Assembly: GCF_004010195.1 (NCBI RefSeq)
Contig: NC_057749.1
Location: 20,796,394 to 20,860,393, forward strand
Source: Chiloscyllium plagiosum
Lineage: Eukaryota
DNA: 64,000 bases
Reading direction: 5' to 3'
Shown: positions 23,243 through 35,595 of the stretch, piece after piece
How the letters are laid out: each line of letters opens with the position of its first letter
How positions within the stretch are numbered: the first letter of the stretch is position 1
The notes under the pieces: generated by a model
Told to the model about the DNA's origin: nothing
Databases searched by the model: none
The model's input: the letters and a program-made list of their open reading frames with translations, nothing else
Translations under genes and position numbers: made by a program

Positions 23243-24070
23243 TGTCAAGTCTCAAGTAGACTTGACAAGGAAGTTTTGAGAATATTTATAGCTCAGGTTG
23301 TAAGCTTGCTCGCTGAGCTGGAAGATTCATTTTCAGACGTTTCATCATCATGCTAGGTAACATCATCAGTGAGTCTCTGGTGATGCGCTAGTGTTCTGTC
23401 CCGCTTTCTATTTATGTGTCTTAGTGTGTTAAGGTAGGTGATATCATTTCCAGTTCTTTTTCTCAGAAGTTGGTAAATGAGGTCCAAATATTGATGTGTT
23501 TACTGATGTTCTTCAGGTTTGAATGCCAGGTTTCTAGGAATTTCTGTGCGTGTCTCTTTTTAGCCTGTCCTAGAATGGATGTGTTGTCCCAGTCAAAGTG
23601 GTGTCCTTCTTTGTCTGTACGTAAGGTTACTAGTGATAGTGGGTCATGTCTTTTGGTGGTTAGTTGGTGTTTGTGTATCCTGGTGGCTAGTTTTGTCCGA
23701 TGCAGTCTTTATTTTGACTGGCACAACACATCCATCCTAAAACAACGCATCCATCCTAAAACAGGTTAAGTAGAGAAACGCATGGGAATTCCTCAAGGCC
23801 TGGCATTCAAACCTGAACTCCATCAGCAAACACACTGATTTGGATCCCATTTACCAACCTCAGAGAAAAAGAACTGGAAATGATATCACCTACCTTAACA
23901 CACTAAGACACATCAATAGAAAGCAGGACAGAACACCAATGCTTCACCCGAGGCTCGCTGATGATGTTACCTAGCATGGTGATAAAACATCTGAAAACAA
24001 GCCCTCCAGCTCAGCGAGCAAGCTTACAACCTGAGCTACAAATATTCTCAAAAATCCCTTGTCAAGTCTC
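23243..24070. mobile_element. Second-family Penelope insertion with inverted arms and 11-bp TSD, in the Gypsy RNase H region
   Basis: EFLKAWHSN..ISKHTDLDPIYQP GIY-YIG C-terminus (~23786-23860); arms ~23258-23560 / 23770-24069; tgtcaagtctc at both ends. Confidence 0.85.
23333..23372 (-). ncRNA. Minimal hammerhead motif, second Penelope family
   Basis: Minus strand TCA-CTGATGA-T-GTTACCTAGCATGATGAT-GAAA-CGTC-TGA; helix I TCA/TGA; degenerate partner at ~23955-23995. Confidence 0.65.
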
Positions 24071-24413
24071 CTTAAAGGGGACAAGGCACTACTACCCATT
24101 GCTTCAGGCCGCATTCATAAATGGGCTCTAATACTGTATAATTGCAAGTTGGAACACTGTCCAGGAGGCCAAGTAGCAAATGCAGATGATTGAGCCACCT
24201 CTCGCTGGCAGATACTCCACCGGTGATACTGCCACTGGAAGAATCTGTAATGGTTTTTAATTTTCTGGGCACACTTTCAGTCGCAGACTTTGGATGCAAA
24301 AAGATCTAGTCCTGGCAAAACTGAAACAGATGGTGGAGATAGGGGACACCAAAGGGCTATCACAACCAGAACCATTTTGGACCTGGAGAGACCAGATTGT
24401 GGTCAAAGATGGC

Positions 24414-25480
24414 ATATTATATGGGGATTCTGGATTATTGGTGCTGGAAGAGCACAGCAGTTCAGGCAGCATCTGAGGAGAAGTAAAATTGATGTTTCGG
24501 GCAAAAGCCCTTCATCAGGAATACAGGTACAGAGTCTGAAGCATGGAGAGATAAGCTAGAAGAGGGTGGGGGTGGGGAGAAAGTAGCATAGAGTACAATA
24601 GNNNNNNNNNNNNNNNNNNNNNNNNNNNNNNNNNNNNNNNNNNNNNNNNNNNNNNNNNNNNNNNNNNNNNNNNNNNNNNNNNNNNNNNNNNNNNNNNNNN
24701 NNNNNNNNNNNNNNNNNNNNNNNNNNNNNNNNNNNNNNNNNNNNNNNNNNNNNNNNNNNNNNNNNNNNNNNNNNNNNNNNNNNNNNNNNNNNNNNNNNNN
24801 NNNNNNNNNNNNNNNNNNNNNNNNNNNNNNNNNNNNNNNNNNNNNNNNNNNNNNNNNNNNNNNNNNNNNNNNNNNNNNNNNNNNNNNNNNNNNNNNNNNN
24901 NNNNNNNNNNNNNNNNNNCAGGGGAAAGTGCCAGGATGTAGGGTTGTAGGGAGGCATGGACCTGACCAGGTAGTCACGGAGGGAACGGTCTTTGCGGAAG
25001 GCGGAAAGGGGTGGGGAGGGAAATATATCCCTGGTGGTGGGGTCTTTTTGGAGATGGCGGAAATGTCGGCGGTTTGGTTTGGTTTGGTTTGATTTGGTTT
25101 ATGCGAAGGTTGGTAGGGTGGAAGGTGAGCACCAGGGGCGTTCTGTCCTTGTTACAGTTGGAGGGGTGGGGTCCGAGGGCGGAGGTGCGGGATGTGGATG
25201 ATATGCGTTGGAGGGCATCTTTAACTACGTGGGAAGGGAAATTGCGGTCTCTAAAGAAGGAGGCCATCTGGTGTGTTCTGTGGTGGGACTGGTCCTCCTG
25301 GGAGCAGATCCGGCGCAGGCGGAGGAATTGGGAATATAGGATGGCATTTTTGCAAGAGGTAGGGTGGGAAGAGGTGTAATCCAGGTAGCTGTGGGAGTCG
25401 GTGGGTTTGTAAAAAATGTCAGTGTCAAGTCAGCCATCATTAATGGAGATGGAGAGGTCCACCTATATATTATATGGGGA
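24414..25480 (-). mobile_element. 5'-truncated Penelope element with 14-bp TSD, spanning an assembly gap
   Basis: MASFFRDRNFPSHVV..DRTPLVLTFHP; pLTR at 24440-24600; atattatatgggga at 24414-24427 and 25467-25480. Confidence 0.9.
24602..24918. other. Assembly gap (N run)
   Basis: Ns. Confidence 1.
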
Positions 25481-27234
25481 GCAAGGATGATTGTCCTGAG
25501 CAAAGGTCGCTGACAGATACTGGCTGAACTCCACTAGGATCATCCTGGGGTTTCCAAAATGAAGATGTTGGTGAGAAGTTATGTCTGGTAGCCAGGATTG
25601 GATGCAGACATAGCTGCATTGGTGGGACAGTTTCCAGATTCCCAACTAGGACAAAAATTATTGCCAACAGCTTCCCCTCACCTGTGGAAATGGCTGGTAA
25701 ACTCTGGAGGCAATAGCATATCAACTATGCAGGTCCTTTCATAGGCTTAACATTCTTAGTCATTGTGGACGCCCACTCCATATGGTTGGACATGCATAGA
25801 GTTTGTTTGTCAAACACCGGGATGACGATAGAAAAAGTGCATGCATCGTTTACAAAATGTGAACTCCTGGAAGTGCTGGTCACAGATAACAGACCATCTT
25901 TTACCAGCAGGGAATTCTAGTATTTCATGCTATTCGACATGTAAGGACGGCTCCATACCATCCATCATCCAATGGTCTGGCAGAAAGAGTAGTCCAAACT
26001 TTTGAAGATAGGCTTAAAGAAACAGCCTACAGCTACATAAATCAAACTGTTCTAGTTCCTATTTCAATATAAGACCACCCCTTATGCAATTTCTGTGATA
26101 GCTCCAACAGAGTTGTTAATGGGGAGAAGACTCCACATCAGGTTAAATCTGATATTCCTGGACCTGGGGGGGGTGCAGGGAGGGGGAAATGGCATCAGGA
26201 AGGCCAATGCTGGACACAAGATTCCACTAAGTAAAAGAGACAATATACTTCAAGGACGAAGTTTGGTATAGAAACCACGGAAATGGCCCTGCATGGGCAA
26301 GAGACAAGGTTGGTGTGCGGTCAAGTCCAGTTATATATGAAGTTTGGATTGGTGTAACAGTCCTGAACAAGCATGTGGACCATATGAAATCTGCAGACAC
26401 CAACTGAGTGGGAGCAAAATGTGCCCGGCTCCTCAACTGCATTTCAGACTGTTCTGGAACCCATGGTTTTCCTTCTTTGCCAAGCATTGATAATACCTTG
26501 GAATCTAATGGACATGGCAGGTTTCACCGCCTCAACAACGTTGCCGCCTAAGGAGCGGAATGAATTTCTTCTAAGATGCTCAGGGTACAAGAGGTGAGCT
26601 ACTGTGCGTTATACACCACCCGTATCAGAGGCAAAGTTGGAGGAACCTGACCCAGAGTTATGTCAGCCCAGGAGGAGCTACAAAGAAAAACAACTGGCCT
26701 ACCTCCCAGGAATTAGAGGGGGAGGGATGTAGTGATTGTAACAACGTCAGTCAGGTGGACCTCATAGAATATGAGTTCCCTGATTGGGGCTGTTAATCTG
26801 GTCCAATCAGGAAGCCCTGACTGAGAGATATAAACAGAAGTATCAGAGGTTCTGTTCACTCTGAGACTGGCTTGTCATGAACGCTCCATGTATAAATACA
26901 GAGTGAGTGATGGGATACTGGCCCCGTGGAGTTATTTCAAAGTGTCTGTCTAGCAATTAATGAATCTACTATAAATGCATGTTTGTAGTGTATGGAATAC
27001 TCTTGCCAAGCTTTAATTGAAAACAGGCCAATATATCAGGGGACCCTTCAAATTCTGTGGTTTGGCCATGTAAGCTTATGTATGCGATCCTCCTCATTGT
27101 GCAAGGTTTGAGACTAACTTCATTAACTTTGCATGAAACTGAGGCTCCTAAATAAAACCGACAGTTTTCTTTCAGAAACAAAACACGAGAGCTGATAAAG
27201 TAATCAAGCCTGTATAGACTGCCAACATTATCTT

Positions 27235-27630
27235 TTTTTAGTTCTTGGAATGTGGGTGTTGCTGCAAACCCAGTTGTTATTGCTGTTCAGAAATGAGGAT
27301 GAGCCACTATTATGACTTGCTGCCATCTATGTGGTTGACTTTTTTGCAGCAGTTTTGATACAATTGAGTGGTTAGTTCAGCCATTTGGATTAATCACACA
27401 TAGATGAGCAGAGTTATCTCCTCAAGAGATAACTATTAGAGAACTAGATTATTCTTTTAAACAATAATCTAGCAGTTCCATGATTGTTATGATGACACTA
27501 GCATTCTAGTCCAGATTTATTAATTAATTGAATTTAAGTTCCTTTAGTTCCTTTAGGTTTTGATTCACATCACTGGATCATTACCCTGGACCTCTGGACT
27601 CCTATTTCAGTGCCACTGCCATTGTGTTAC
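27235..27630 (-). mobile_element. Old SINE of the 4335-4670 type
   Basis: ttcttggaatgtgggtgttgctg.. tail and ctggactcctatttcagtgccact head region. Confidence 0.5.
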
Positions 27631-29049
27631 TGGCTCCCTGGATGATAGTGATGCTGTAATCGACCAGGACCTGTTGCTAAAATCTTGATGGCTTTAATTT
27701 TCAACTTGTTCTAATTGTTTTGCACCGCAACTGATTGCTTTGTGATATTTATTCAAATTTTAAAATGTAATTGTAACTGTTCCCTGTATTTAGAAAATGC
27801 TAGAAATAGTCAGTAGATCTGGTAGCATCTGTCAGGGAAGAAATAGAGTTAATGTCTCTGGTCAGTGATGTTGCATAAAAACAGATCACCTATCTGAAAC
27901 ATTGGGCAGAATCTTAAAGGGGTCTGAGCAATGTGGACTATAGCAAGATAAGCTGCAGATTCAGGTGAGAATTGGAGTACCTGTCTTGAGCACCTTGGGA
28001 GCACCTTGCTGCATCTTATGCTTTTGCTAAACAGTGAGGCAGGTTTCTTGCTAGGCAACTCTGAGTTGCCAATTAAGGGGGATTATAGTTTGTTAATCAT
28101 TTTATTAAGGCTGCAGTTTGCCAAATTAATATTCAACTTCCAATCTTACCAAATGTGCCAAACCAGCTAGAAGTAGAGAATTCTTGACATGAAAGTCAGA
28201 ACAGGTACCTGGTGACTTCAGCCCACCACTGACTGTGAGGATCTTCCACGCTCAACACTCGCAATCAATATTTCAGGGCGTGCTCCATTGATACCAGCCA
28301 CATACACGTCCACAGAAATGGGCCTGCAGAATATCTCCAAGAACCCTCATGGCACATCTCCAGTCCACCTATAGGATCCTTCATTGCTTCAGTGCTGGAA
28401 TGTCAACTAGCATTGCGATGCTGCTGCAAGGACACTGTGTGCTGAGAGACATGCACCCAGCTCTTGGAGCCGGCTGCATCTGTGGGACTTCCCTCGCTGT
28501 CATAGCACTTACTCACTCTGAGCCTACCTGGTTGCTCACAGTATCGCTCACTTGCCTTTTTGTGCTTTGCCTTTTCAGCCTGAGAGAGGCTCAGTACTGC
28601 TGTATTGCCTTGCTATTAAGCATAGATACAAAGCCAAGAAGCTTGTCAGGGTTTACATAAGCCTCAATCAATTCAAGAATGGTAGCCTTCTTTCAAGGTT
28701 CCTGGCAGAGTAAGTCAAGTGCAATATCTGATACCAGCCCTGGGACTTGGATATAATCAATCAACCACTCAGGGTGGTCAGAGTCATGATGCTGTCCACA
28801 TGAGAGGTAAAGACCCAAATAACAGGCAGCCTGTCTTGAATCCTTCTGCCCTATTGTGGGCTATTTTCCTCCTGGAATGAGATGTAGGCAGATAAGAAAG
28901 GAGATGAAAGTAGCTGGCATTGCTATTACTTTTGGTGCAGGTAGGGAGGTGTCCAGAGCAAGTGAGTGAGACAACGCAGCGGGCGTGCAGGGTTAGTGGT
29001 ATTGGCAGTTGGTATGGGTGATAAACTGAAGAAGTTGCAAACAATCATG

Positions 29050-29810
29050 AAAATGGTAGAGCATGAGCATTAGTGGGTGATTGGTACTATAGCAAAGATA
29101 GAATGAATCTGACTTAATCCAGTATGTGTCAGAGAGCAGAGAACTTCAGAGTATTAGTAGAATATGACTTATATTATGTTGGGTTTAGGACTGGGCATTA
29201 GAACTGAGGGCCATTAGTTGACTTTTGGTCAAGGAGAATCAAAGATTGATTTTGGCTTGGGAAACTCAGTTTGGAAGATTTTGAACAGTAAGAAGACCCG
29301 ACTGAAGTCAGAAGAACAAAATACTTTCTCTCCTAGAGTGGAATATAGAACAATTCAGGGAATAGATTACATAGCAGGAAGCAGACCAGGAGTGGTTAGT
29401 TCGAAATCTGCAGATTGGTAAAAGACTGAGAAAGTATTAGCATTAGTTTTGTGAGTATTTATGTAAGAAGACTTCACAGTTCACAGGATAGAAACTGTGA
29501 AGAGCCAGTTAAGTTGAACTTAAAGATTTGAGTTAAGAGATTTAGATTTGTATAAATTTATGGTGTTCGGAAGTAGCCTGAAATGTTTGTTCTGCTGTGT
29601 GCTTTAAGATTTTTCTAAGCCATTTTTACATTTTGACAGCTTGGTTTTACATTTTCCTTTTGTGTAGTGAACTTCTGTTTTATTGTTAAAGAAAATCTGC
29701 AGTCTTGTGTGCTTATCTTTCAGTGAATGGCCAGCACGTTAAATTTTGTAAAATGATCTATCATTCTGGAATATGATTTGTCTAGTAGTTGCAGCAGCTG
29801 AAATCATAAT
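29050..29810 (+). mobile_element. Old LTR-like repeat related to 42670-43683
   Basis: Shared 3' part aacttctgttttat..atctgca..tttcagtgaa..cagctg..atca.aa.a. Confidence 0.5.
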
Positions 29811-29839
29811 ACATACACTGTTAAATTAATGCAAGCCTC

Positions 29840-31655
29840 TGTTATGAGTAAATGTAGGGTGTGATGGATTCTCAGGGGAATGTGACACAAACAGCTCTAG
29901 TGCAATGAAGAGCACTTTGGGTTCCAAGAAATCGATTGTGTTTGGGGACTCTCTAGTCTGAGGCACAGACAGATATTTCTGTGGCCAGCAGTGAAAAATC
30001 AGAATGGTGTGTTGCCTCCCTGGTGCCAGGATCAAGGATGTCTCAGAGAGGGTGCAGAATGTTTTCAAAGAGGAGAGGGGCCAGCAGGAGATCATGGGTA
30101 CACATTGGAATGAATGACATAGGAAGTGAAAAGGCTGAGATTCTGAACGGACAATACAGAGAGATGGCAGGAATTTAAAAAGGAGATCCTCAAGAGTCGT
30201 AATATCTGGATTACTCCCAGTGCTACGAGCAAGTGAGGGTAAGAATAAGAGGATAGAGTAGATGAATGCGTGGCTGAGGAGATGGTGCATGGGAGAAGGA
30301 TTCACATTTTTGGATCATTGAAATCTTTTATTTCAATGCAAGAGGCATCACAGGGAAGTCAGATGAACTCAGGGCATCGCTTTGTGTGTGGGATATTATG
30401 TCTCACAAACTTGATTGAGTTTTTTGAAGAAGTAACAAAGAGGATTGATGAGGGCAGAGCAGTGGACATGATCTATATGGACTTCAGTAAGGCGTTTGAC
30501 AAGGTTCCCCATGGAAGACTGGTTAGTAAGGTTAGATCTCATGGAATACAGGGAGAACTAGCCATTTGGATACAGAACTGGCTCCAAGGTAGAAGACGGG
30601 GGGGGTGGTGGAGGGTTGTTGTTCAGACTGGAGGCCTGTGACCAGTGGAGAGCCACAAGGATCGGTGCTGGGTCCTCTACTTTTCATCATTTATATAAAT
30701 GTTTTTGATGTGAGCTTAAGAGGTATAGTTAATAAGTTTGCAGATGACACTAAATTGGAGGTGTAGTGGACAGTGAAGAAGATGACCTCAGATTACAACT
30801 GGATCTTGATCAGATGAGCCAATGGGCTAAGGAGTGGCAGATGGAGTTTTAGTTAGATAAACGCAAAGTGCTACATTTTGGGAAAGCAAATCTTAGCAGG
30901 ACCTATACACTTAATGATAAGGACTTAGAGAGTGTTGCTGAACAAAGAGACCTTGGAGTGCAGGTTTGTAGCTCCTTGAAAGTGGAGTCGCAGGTAGATA
31001 GGATAGTGAAGAAGGCGTTTGGTATGCTTTCCTTTATTGGTCATAGTATTGAGTACAGGAGTTGGGAGATCATGTTGGGTCTGTACAGGACATTGGTTCG
31101 GCCACTTTTGCAATATTGTGTGCAAATCTGGTCTCTCTCCTATGTTGTAAAGGATGTTGTGAAACTTGAAAGGGTTTAGCAAAGATTTACAAGGATGCTG
31201 CCAGATGTGGAGGATTTGAGCTATAGGGAGAGGCTGAATAGGCTACGGCTGTTTTCCCTGGAGTGTCAGAGGCTGAGGGGTGATCTTATCAAGGGTTATA
31301 AAATCATGAGGGGCATGGATAGGATAAATAGACAATCTTTTCCCTGGGATGGGGGAGCCCAGAACTAGAGGGCATAGGTTTAGGTTGAGAGGGGAAAAAT
31401 ATGAAAGACACCTAAGGGGTAACGTTTTCATGCAGAGGGTGGTGCATGTGTGGAATGAGCTGCCAGAGGAAGTGGTGGAATCTTGTAGAATTGCAATATT
31501 TAAAAGGCATCTGGATGGGTATGAATAGGAAGAGTTTGGAGAGATATGGGCTGCATGCTGGCAGGTGGGACTAGATTGGGTTGGGATATCTGGTCGGCAT
31601 GGATGAGTTGGACCGAAGGGTCTGTTTCCGTGCTGTACATCACTATGACTCTGTG
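29840..31655 (+). mobile_element. Internally deleted CR1 LINE: ORF1 esterase (29840-30330) joined to RT and 3'UTR (30375-31655)
   Basis: SIVFGDSLV..CCLPGARIKDV; CLTNLIEFFEEVT..YMDFSKAFDKVPH; KFADDTK; 3'UTR gttggaccgaagggtctgtttcc. Confidence 0.9.
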
Positions 31656-32769
31656 ACTTGGAGACATGGCTACTTTATTGAAGCACATTCACTGTGTTTT
31701 CCATGAAAGACTGCTAAAACATGGTGAAGAGATGACATTGACAACACGTACAAACCGTACAACACGTTCATCCCTTTTGACTGTTTACTGCTGATGAGCT
31801 GTTTAGCTTTCCGTCTGCACCAAACAGCAAGACTGGACAGAAGTACTGTCACCATATAAATTCTGAATGAGGCAACCAAGTGCGAAGAGGCAAGGTATAA
31901 TGCTATGTACTTCCATGTAGGTACAAAATGAGTGAGCACTGAGAGATTAAGCAATAAAACCTCAAATGCACCCTGGGCAATTGCATGGATACGTTCTTGT
32001 CCCTGTGTGCGAAGTGTCCATGTCAGCAGCATTATAATAAAAGGTACTGCTCCAGAATGCAGCACTGAAGAAGAGAACTGTGTTCTAAGTGGATTGGAAA
32101 TATGCTATGTTGTTATGGTGAGGCTGGTGCGTCTCCAGTGCCAACATCTGTCCAATATGGAGGGCCAAAGGAGCTAACAGCAAACTGGACTGGCCAGGTA
32201 CCTACTCTGACCTTCATATTAGGAATTGTCACCATTTAGCTTCTACCATGCATTATGGGAGAAGAGGAGTCTGTACATCAATGAGGCGAGATTAGATACT
32301 AGATGTTTGATTAGATACGTAAATGCAAACAAATAAGCCTCTTGTCACTCAATAAGGAGATTTTCAATTCAGTATTCAAAACTTGATGCAGAATGGGATG
32401 ATTCACTTGATATTGGAAAATTATTATTTCCAAAATTGCCATATTTTCCTAACTGATTTACCACTGCTCACATCCTTGGGGGCTGATAAATATCAGCTCT
32501 AAGTATCAATTCAGGAGAATTCTACGAAGTATTATTCTGTGAGCTTTTCTGCTCACCTGATTCTGAATGCACATGTCTATGATGCCATTCATGAATATCT
32601 TGCGCTTGCCACCAGAAGAAGTACAGACCCTGCCAAGATTTCCACCACTGCATCTATATTTAAAGCACAACACTGCACCAGAAGGGCAGTTGTGACGCAA
32701 TGGTAGTACTCTTAATACTGGGCCAAGAGACCCAGATTCAAGGCCCATTTGCTCCAGAGGTGCAATATA

Positions 32770-34660
32770 GAGTAGTGGAAGGTGGAGTTTAGTTCAGATA
32801 AATGTGAGGTGCTGCATTTTGGAAAGGGAAATTCGGGCAGGATTAATGCTAAGATCCAGGGGAGTGTTGCTGAACAAAGAGATCTTGGACAGCAGGTTCA
32901 CAGTTCCTTGCAGCTAGAGTCACAGGTAGATAGGATAGTGAAGCAGGCGATTGGGATAAGGAATTAGGCTATTCAGCCCATCGAGTCTCCTCCGCCATTC
33001 AGTCATGGCTGATACGCTTTTCAATCCCCATAACGCTTGATCCCCTTTACAATCAAGAACCTATCTATCTCTGTCTTAAATGTACTCAATGATCTGGCCT
33101 TCACAGCCTTCTGTGGCAGTGAGTTCCATAGATTCACCACTCTCTGGCTGAAGAAGTTTCTCCTTATCTCTGTTCTAAATGGTCTTCCCTTTTACTCTAA
33201 GGCGGTGCCCTCGGGTCCTAGTCTCTCCTATTAAGGGAAACATCTTCCCAACATCTACTCTGTACAGGCCACTCAGTATTCTGTATGTTTCAAGTAGATT
33301 CCCCCCACCCCGTCTCCCACTCATCCTTTGAAAACAAATACAGACCCAAAGTTCTCAAATGTTCCTCAAATGTTGAGATCTTCATTCTTGGGTCCATTCC
33401 TGTGAATCACCTCTGAATACATCCAGGGCTAATACATCGTTCCTGAGATATGGGGCCCAAAACTGTGTACAATACACCAAATATAGTCTGACCAGAATAT
33501 ATGCCTCTATTGCTCAGTGCATTGAGCAAAGGAGTTAAGAGGTCATGCTGCGGCTGTACAGGACGTAGGTTAGATCACTGTTGGAATTTTGGTTTCCCTC
33601 CTGTAGAAAGGATGTTGTGAAACTTGAAAGGGTTCAGGAAAGATTTATAAGAATGTTGCCAGGGTCAGAGGGTTTGAGCTATAGGGAGAGACTGAATAGA
33701 CTGGGAATATTTCCCTTGGAGAGTAGGAGACTGAGGAGTGACCTTAGAAGTTTATAAAATTATGAGGGGTATGGATAGGGTAAATAGACAATGCCTTTTC
33801 CCCGGGGTGGGGATGTCCAAAACTAGAGGGCATGGGTTTAAAGTGAGAGGGGAAAGTTTTAAAAGCAACCTAAGGGGCAACATTTTCATGGAGAGGGTGG
33901 TGCATGTTTGGAATAAGTTGCCAGAGGAAGTTATGGAGGCTGGTACAATTACAACATTTAAAAGGCATCCAGATGGGTACGGGTGTCCCTGGCTATCCGA
34001 AAGTAGAGCATTCCTATGAAACCTTTTGTAAGCTGCAATGACGTAAAGCAAAGAAGCAATTGCCATTAATTTATATGGGAAACATTTTTGAGCATTTCCA
34101 GAACCTAAAAATAATCTACCAAATCATACCAAAAAGACATACAAACTTAAAATAATAGTAATGTATCAGGAATGATATGATAAATACATAGCCTATATAA
34201 AGTATAAATAAAGTATGTACAGTGTAGTTTCACAGTATCAGGAAGTGGTGGTAGTGATGATAGCATGTTAGGCTGAGTCATTGGAGGTTGGGGTGATGGG
34301 ATGTACAGGAGACTAAGGTGTAGGAGAGAGAGGAAGAGGGTCATCTATTAACACTTCTGGGGAAGGCACTTGGCGGCGCCACTCTTGCTTCGCGCGCTTT
34401 CTTGTAAAAGCGAAAATCCTCTTTCAATTAGCGAAAATAGGCACTAATATAGGTCTTTTGTAAATACGAATTGGTGTAAAGCGAATGTTTGAAATGCGAA
34501 CGTCCTATTCATATTCATACCCGTATATGAAGAGGAAGGGTTTAGAGGGATATGGGCCAAATGCAGGCAAATAGGACTAGATTTATTTAGGATATCTGGT
34601 TGCATAGACGAGTTAGACTGAAGGGTGTGTTTCTGTGCTGTATATCTCTTTGACTCCAAA
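32770..34660 (+). mobile_element. CR1 3' fragment interrupted by an antisense CR1 3' end (~32950-33500) and by a Tigger-like element
   Basis: DKCEVLHFGK..EQRDLG; EVYKIMRGMDRV..KTRGHGFKV; 3'UTR 34524-34660. Confidence 0.85.
33980..34523 (+). mobile_element. Non-autonomous Tigger/pogo-like DNA transposon with TA duplication
   Basis: Interrupts CR1 gatgggTA|..|TAtatgaa; ends cgggt../..acccg; subterminal cgtaaagc/gcgaa motifs at both ends. Confidence 0.75.
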
Positions 34661-35234
34661 ATAGCAATAACCTCCATTGTTGCTCTTGTTTCATTGCCCA
34701 CAATATTTGTTTTAATGGTTAATTATACAATTTAAACACTGCTCAGTACTGTGCACCACCTTTGAATGTCTTAAATGCATCAAAATCTTGGTGAAACCTC
34801 AAATTATTTCCATTTTCTTGTTCGATGAATTAAATGTTTCATACGTTACTGACACTTGTAATAATAACATCACTGTCACTCTTAGAGTTGGATTTATGTC
34901 ACATTTTCACCTTGGAAGTCTTGTTTTAGCAATTGGCTTTGTTTCTTTATCACTTCTATTATGGAGGTGGAGGATGGCAAGTGATGTTTATTGCAAATGC
35001 CTAAATGTCCTGTAAAAATCCTGGTGATTGATTTTATATTTAGGTAACTTGTCAGGCCACATAAATGTCAACTAAGGTATGCTTCAGTGGTGTTACATGG
35101 ATACCAAACCAGATATTTATGGCAGGTTCTTTCATGCAGAGAACCGTAAGACTATAATGATTTGCTGGGTTTTATAATCACCTAGCATATTTTTTAATAA
35201 TTCCCATTTTCTAGCACCACCTATTAATTACATG

Positions 35235-35468
35235 TGAAATAACTTCTTAGAGGCTGATATCCCATCACCAAGTAACCGTTACTTACACATAAACAGTCCT
35301 TGACATTAGTGTTACCTCTTCAACCTCAGCTCCCAGAGTGCCATTATCTCTCCCACTCCCCTTTTTATCTTTCAGCCAGGGCTCCCTGACTGGACCAGAT
35401 TAACAGCTCCAATCACAGAACTTATATTCTATGAAATCTAGCTGGCTGATCTCATTACAATCACTACC
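35235..35468 (-). mobile_element. Solo LTR of the same Gypsy family as 20212-26939
   Basis: Reverse complement gtagtgattgtaatgag..catagaatataagttc..gattggagctgttaatctggtccagtcagggagccctggctga..gttatttca. Confidence 0.85.
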
Positions 35469-35595
35469 TGATTTATTGACTTGAGTTTCATAAGTTGCCA
35501 CAGTGATAATTTTTACTTAGTTCGCTTTGAAAATCATGGGGAAATCCCAAATTGCAAGTTCCGGGATTTCTTCATGATGTTCAAAGATAACTACG

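Larger units (their letters stand above)
20212..26939 (+). mobile_element. Decayed, internally deleted Gypsy LTR retrotransposon; 5'LTR ~20212-22532 (interrupted), 3'LTR 26728-26939
   Basis: Two related LTRs ending ttatttCA; PPT agagggggaggga before TGTAG 26728; gag GKLDSFNPAV (~22620); RT EWAAPVVP (~23105); RH DHKP (~23230); INT YAGPF..FLVIVDAHS, VLVTDN, APYHPSSNGLAERVVQT (25725-26000). Confidence 0.9.

Noticed and set aside
24462..24977. ORFs containing X runs (also 37241-37918)
   Set aside because: Artefacts of translating through N gaps.
27903..29050. Possible Harbinger remnant (also 31660-32500 and 55140-56520)
   Set aside because: Only a gggcagaat-like end or vague resemblance; no motif I can defend, so not annotated.
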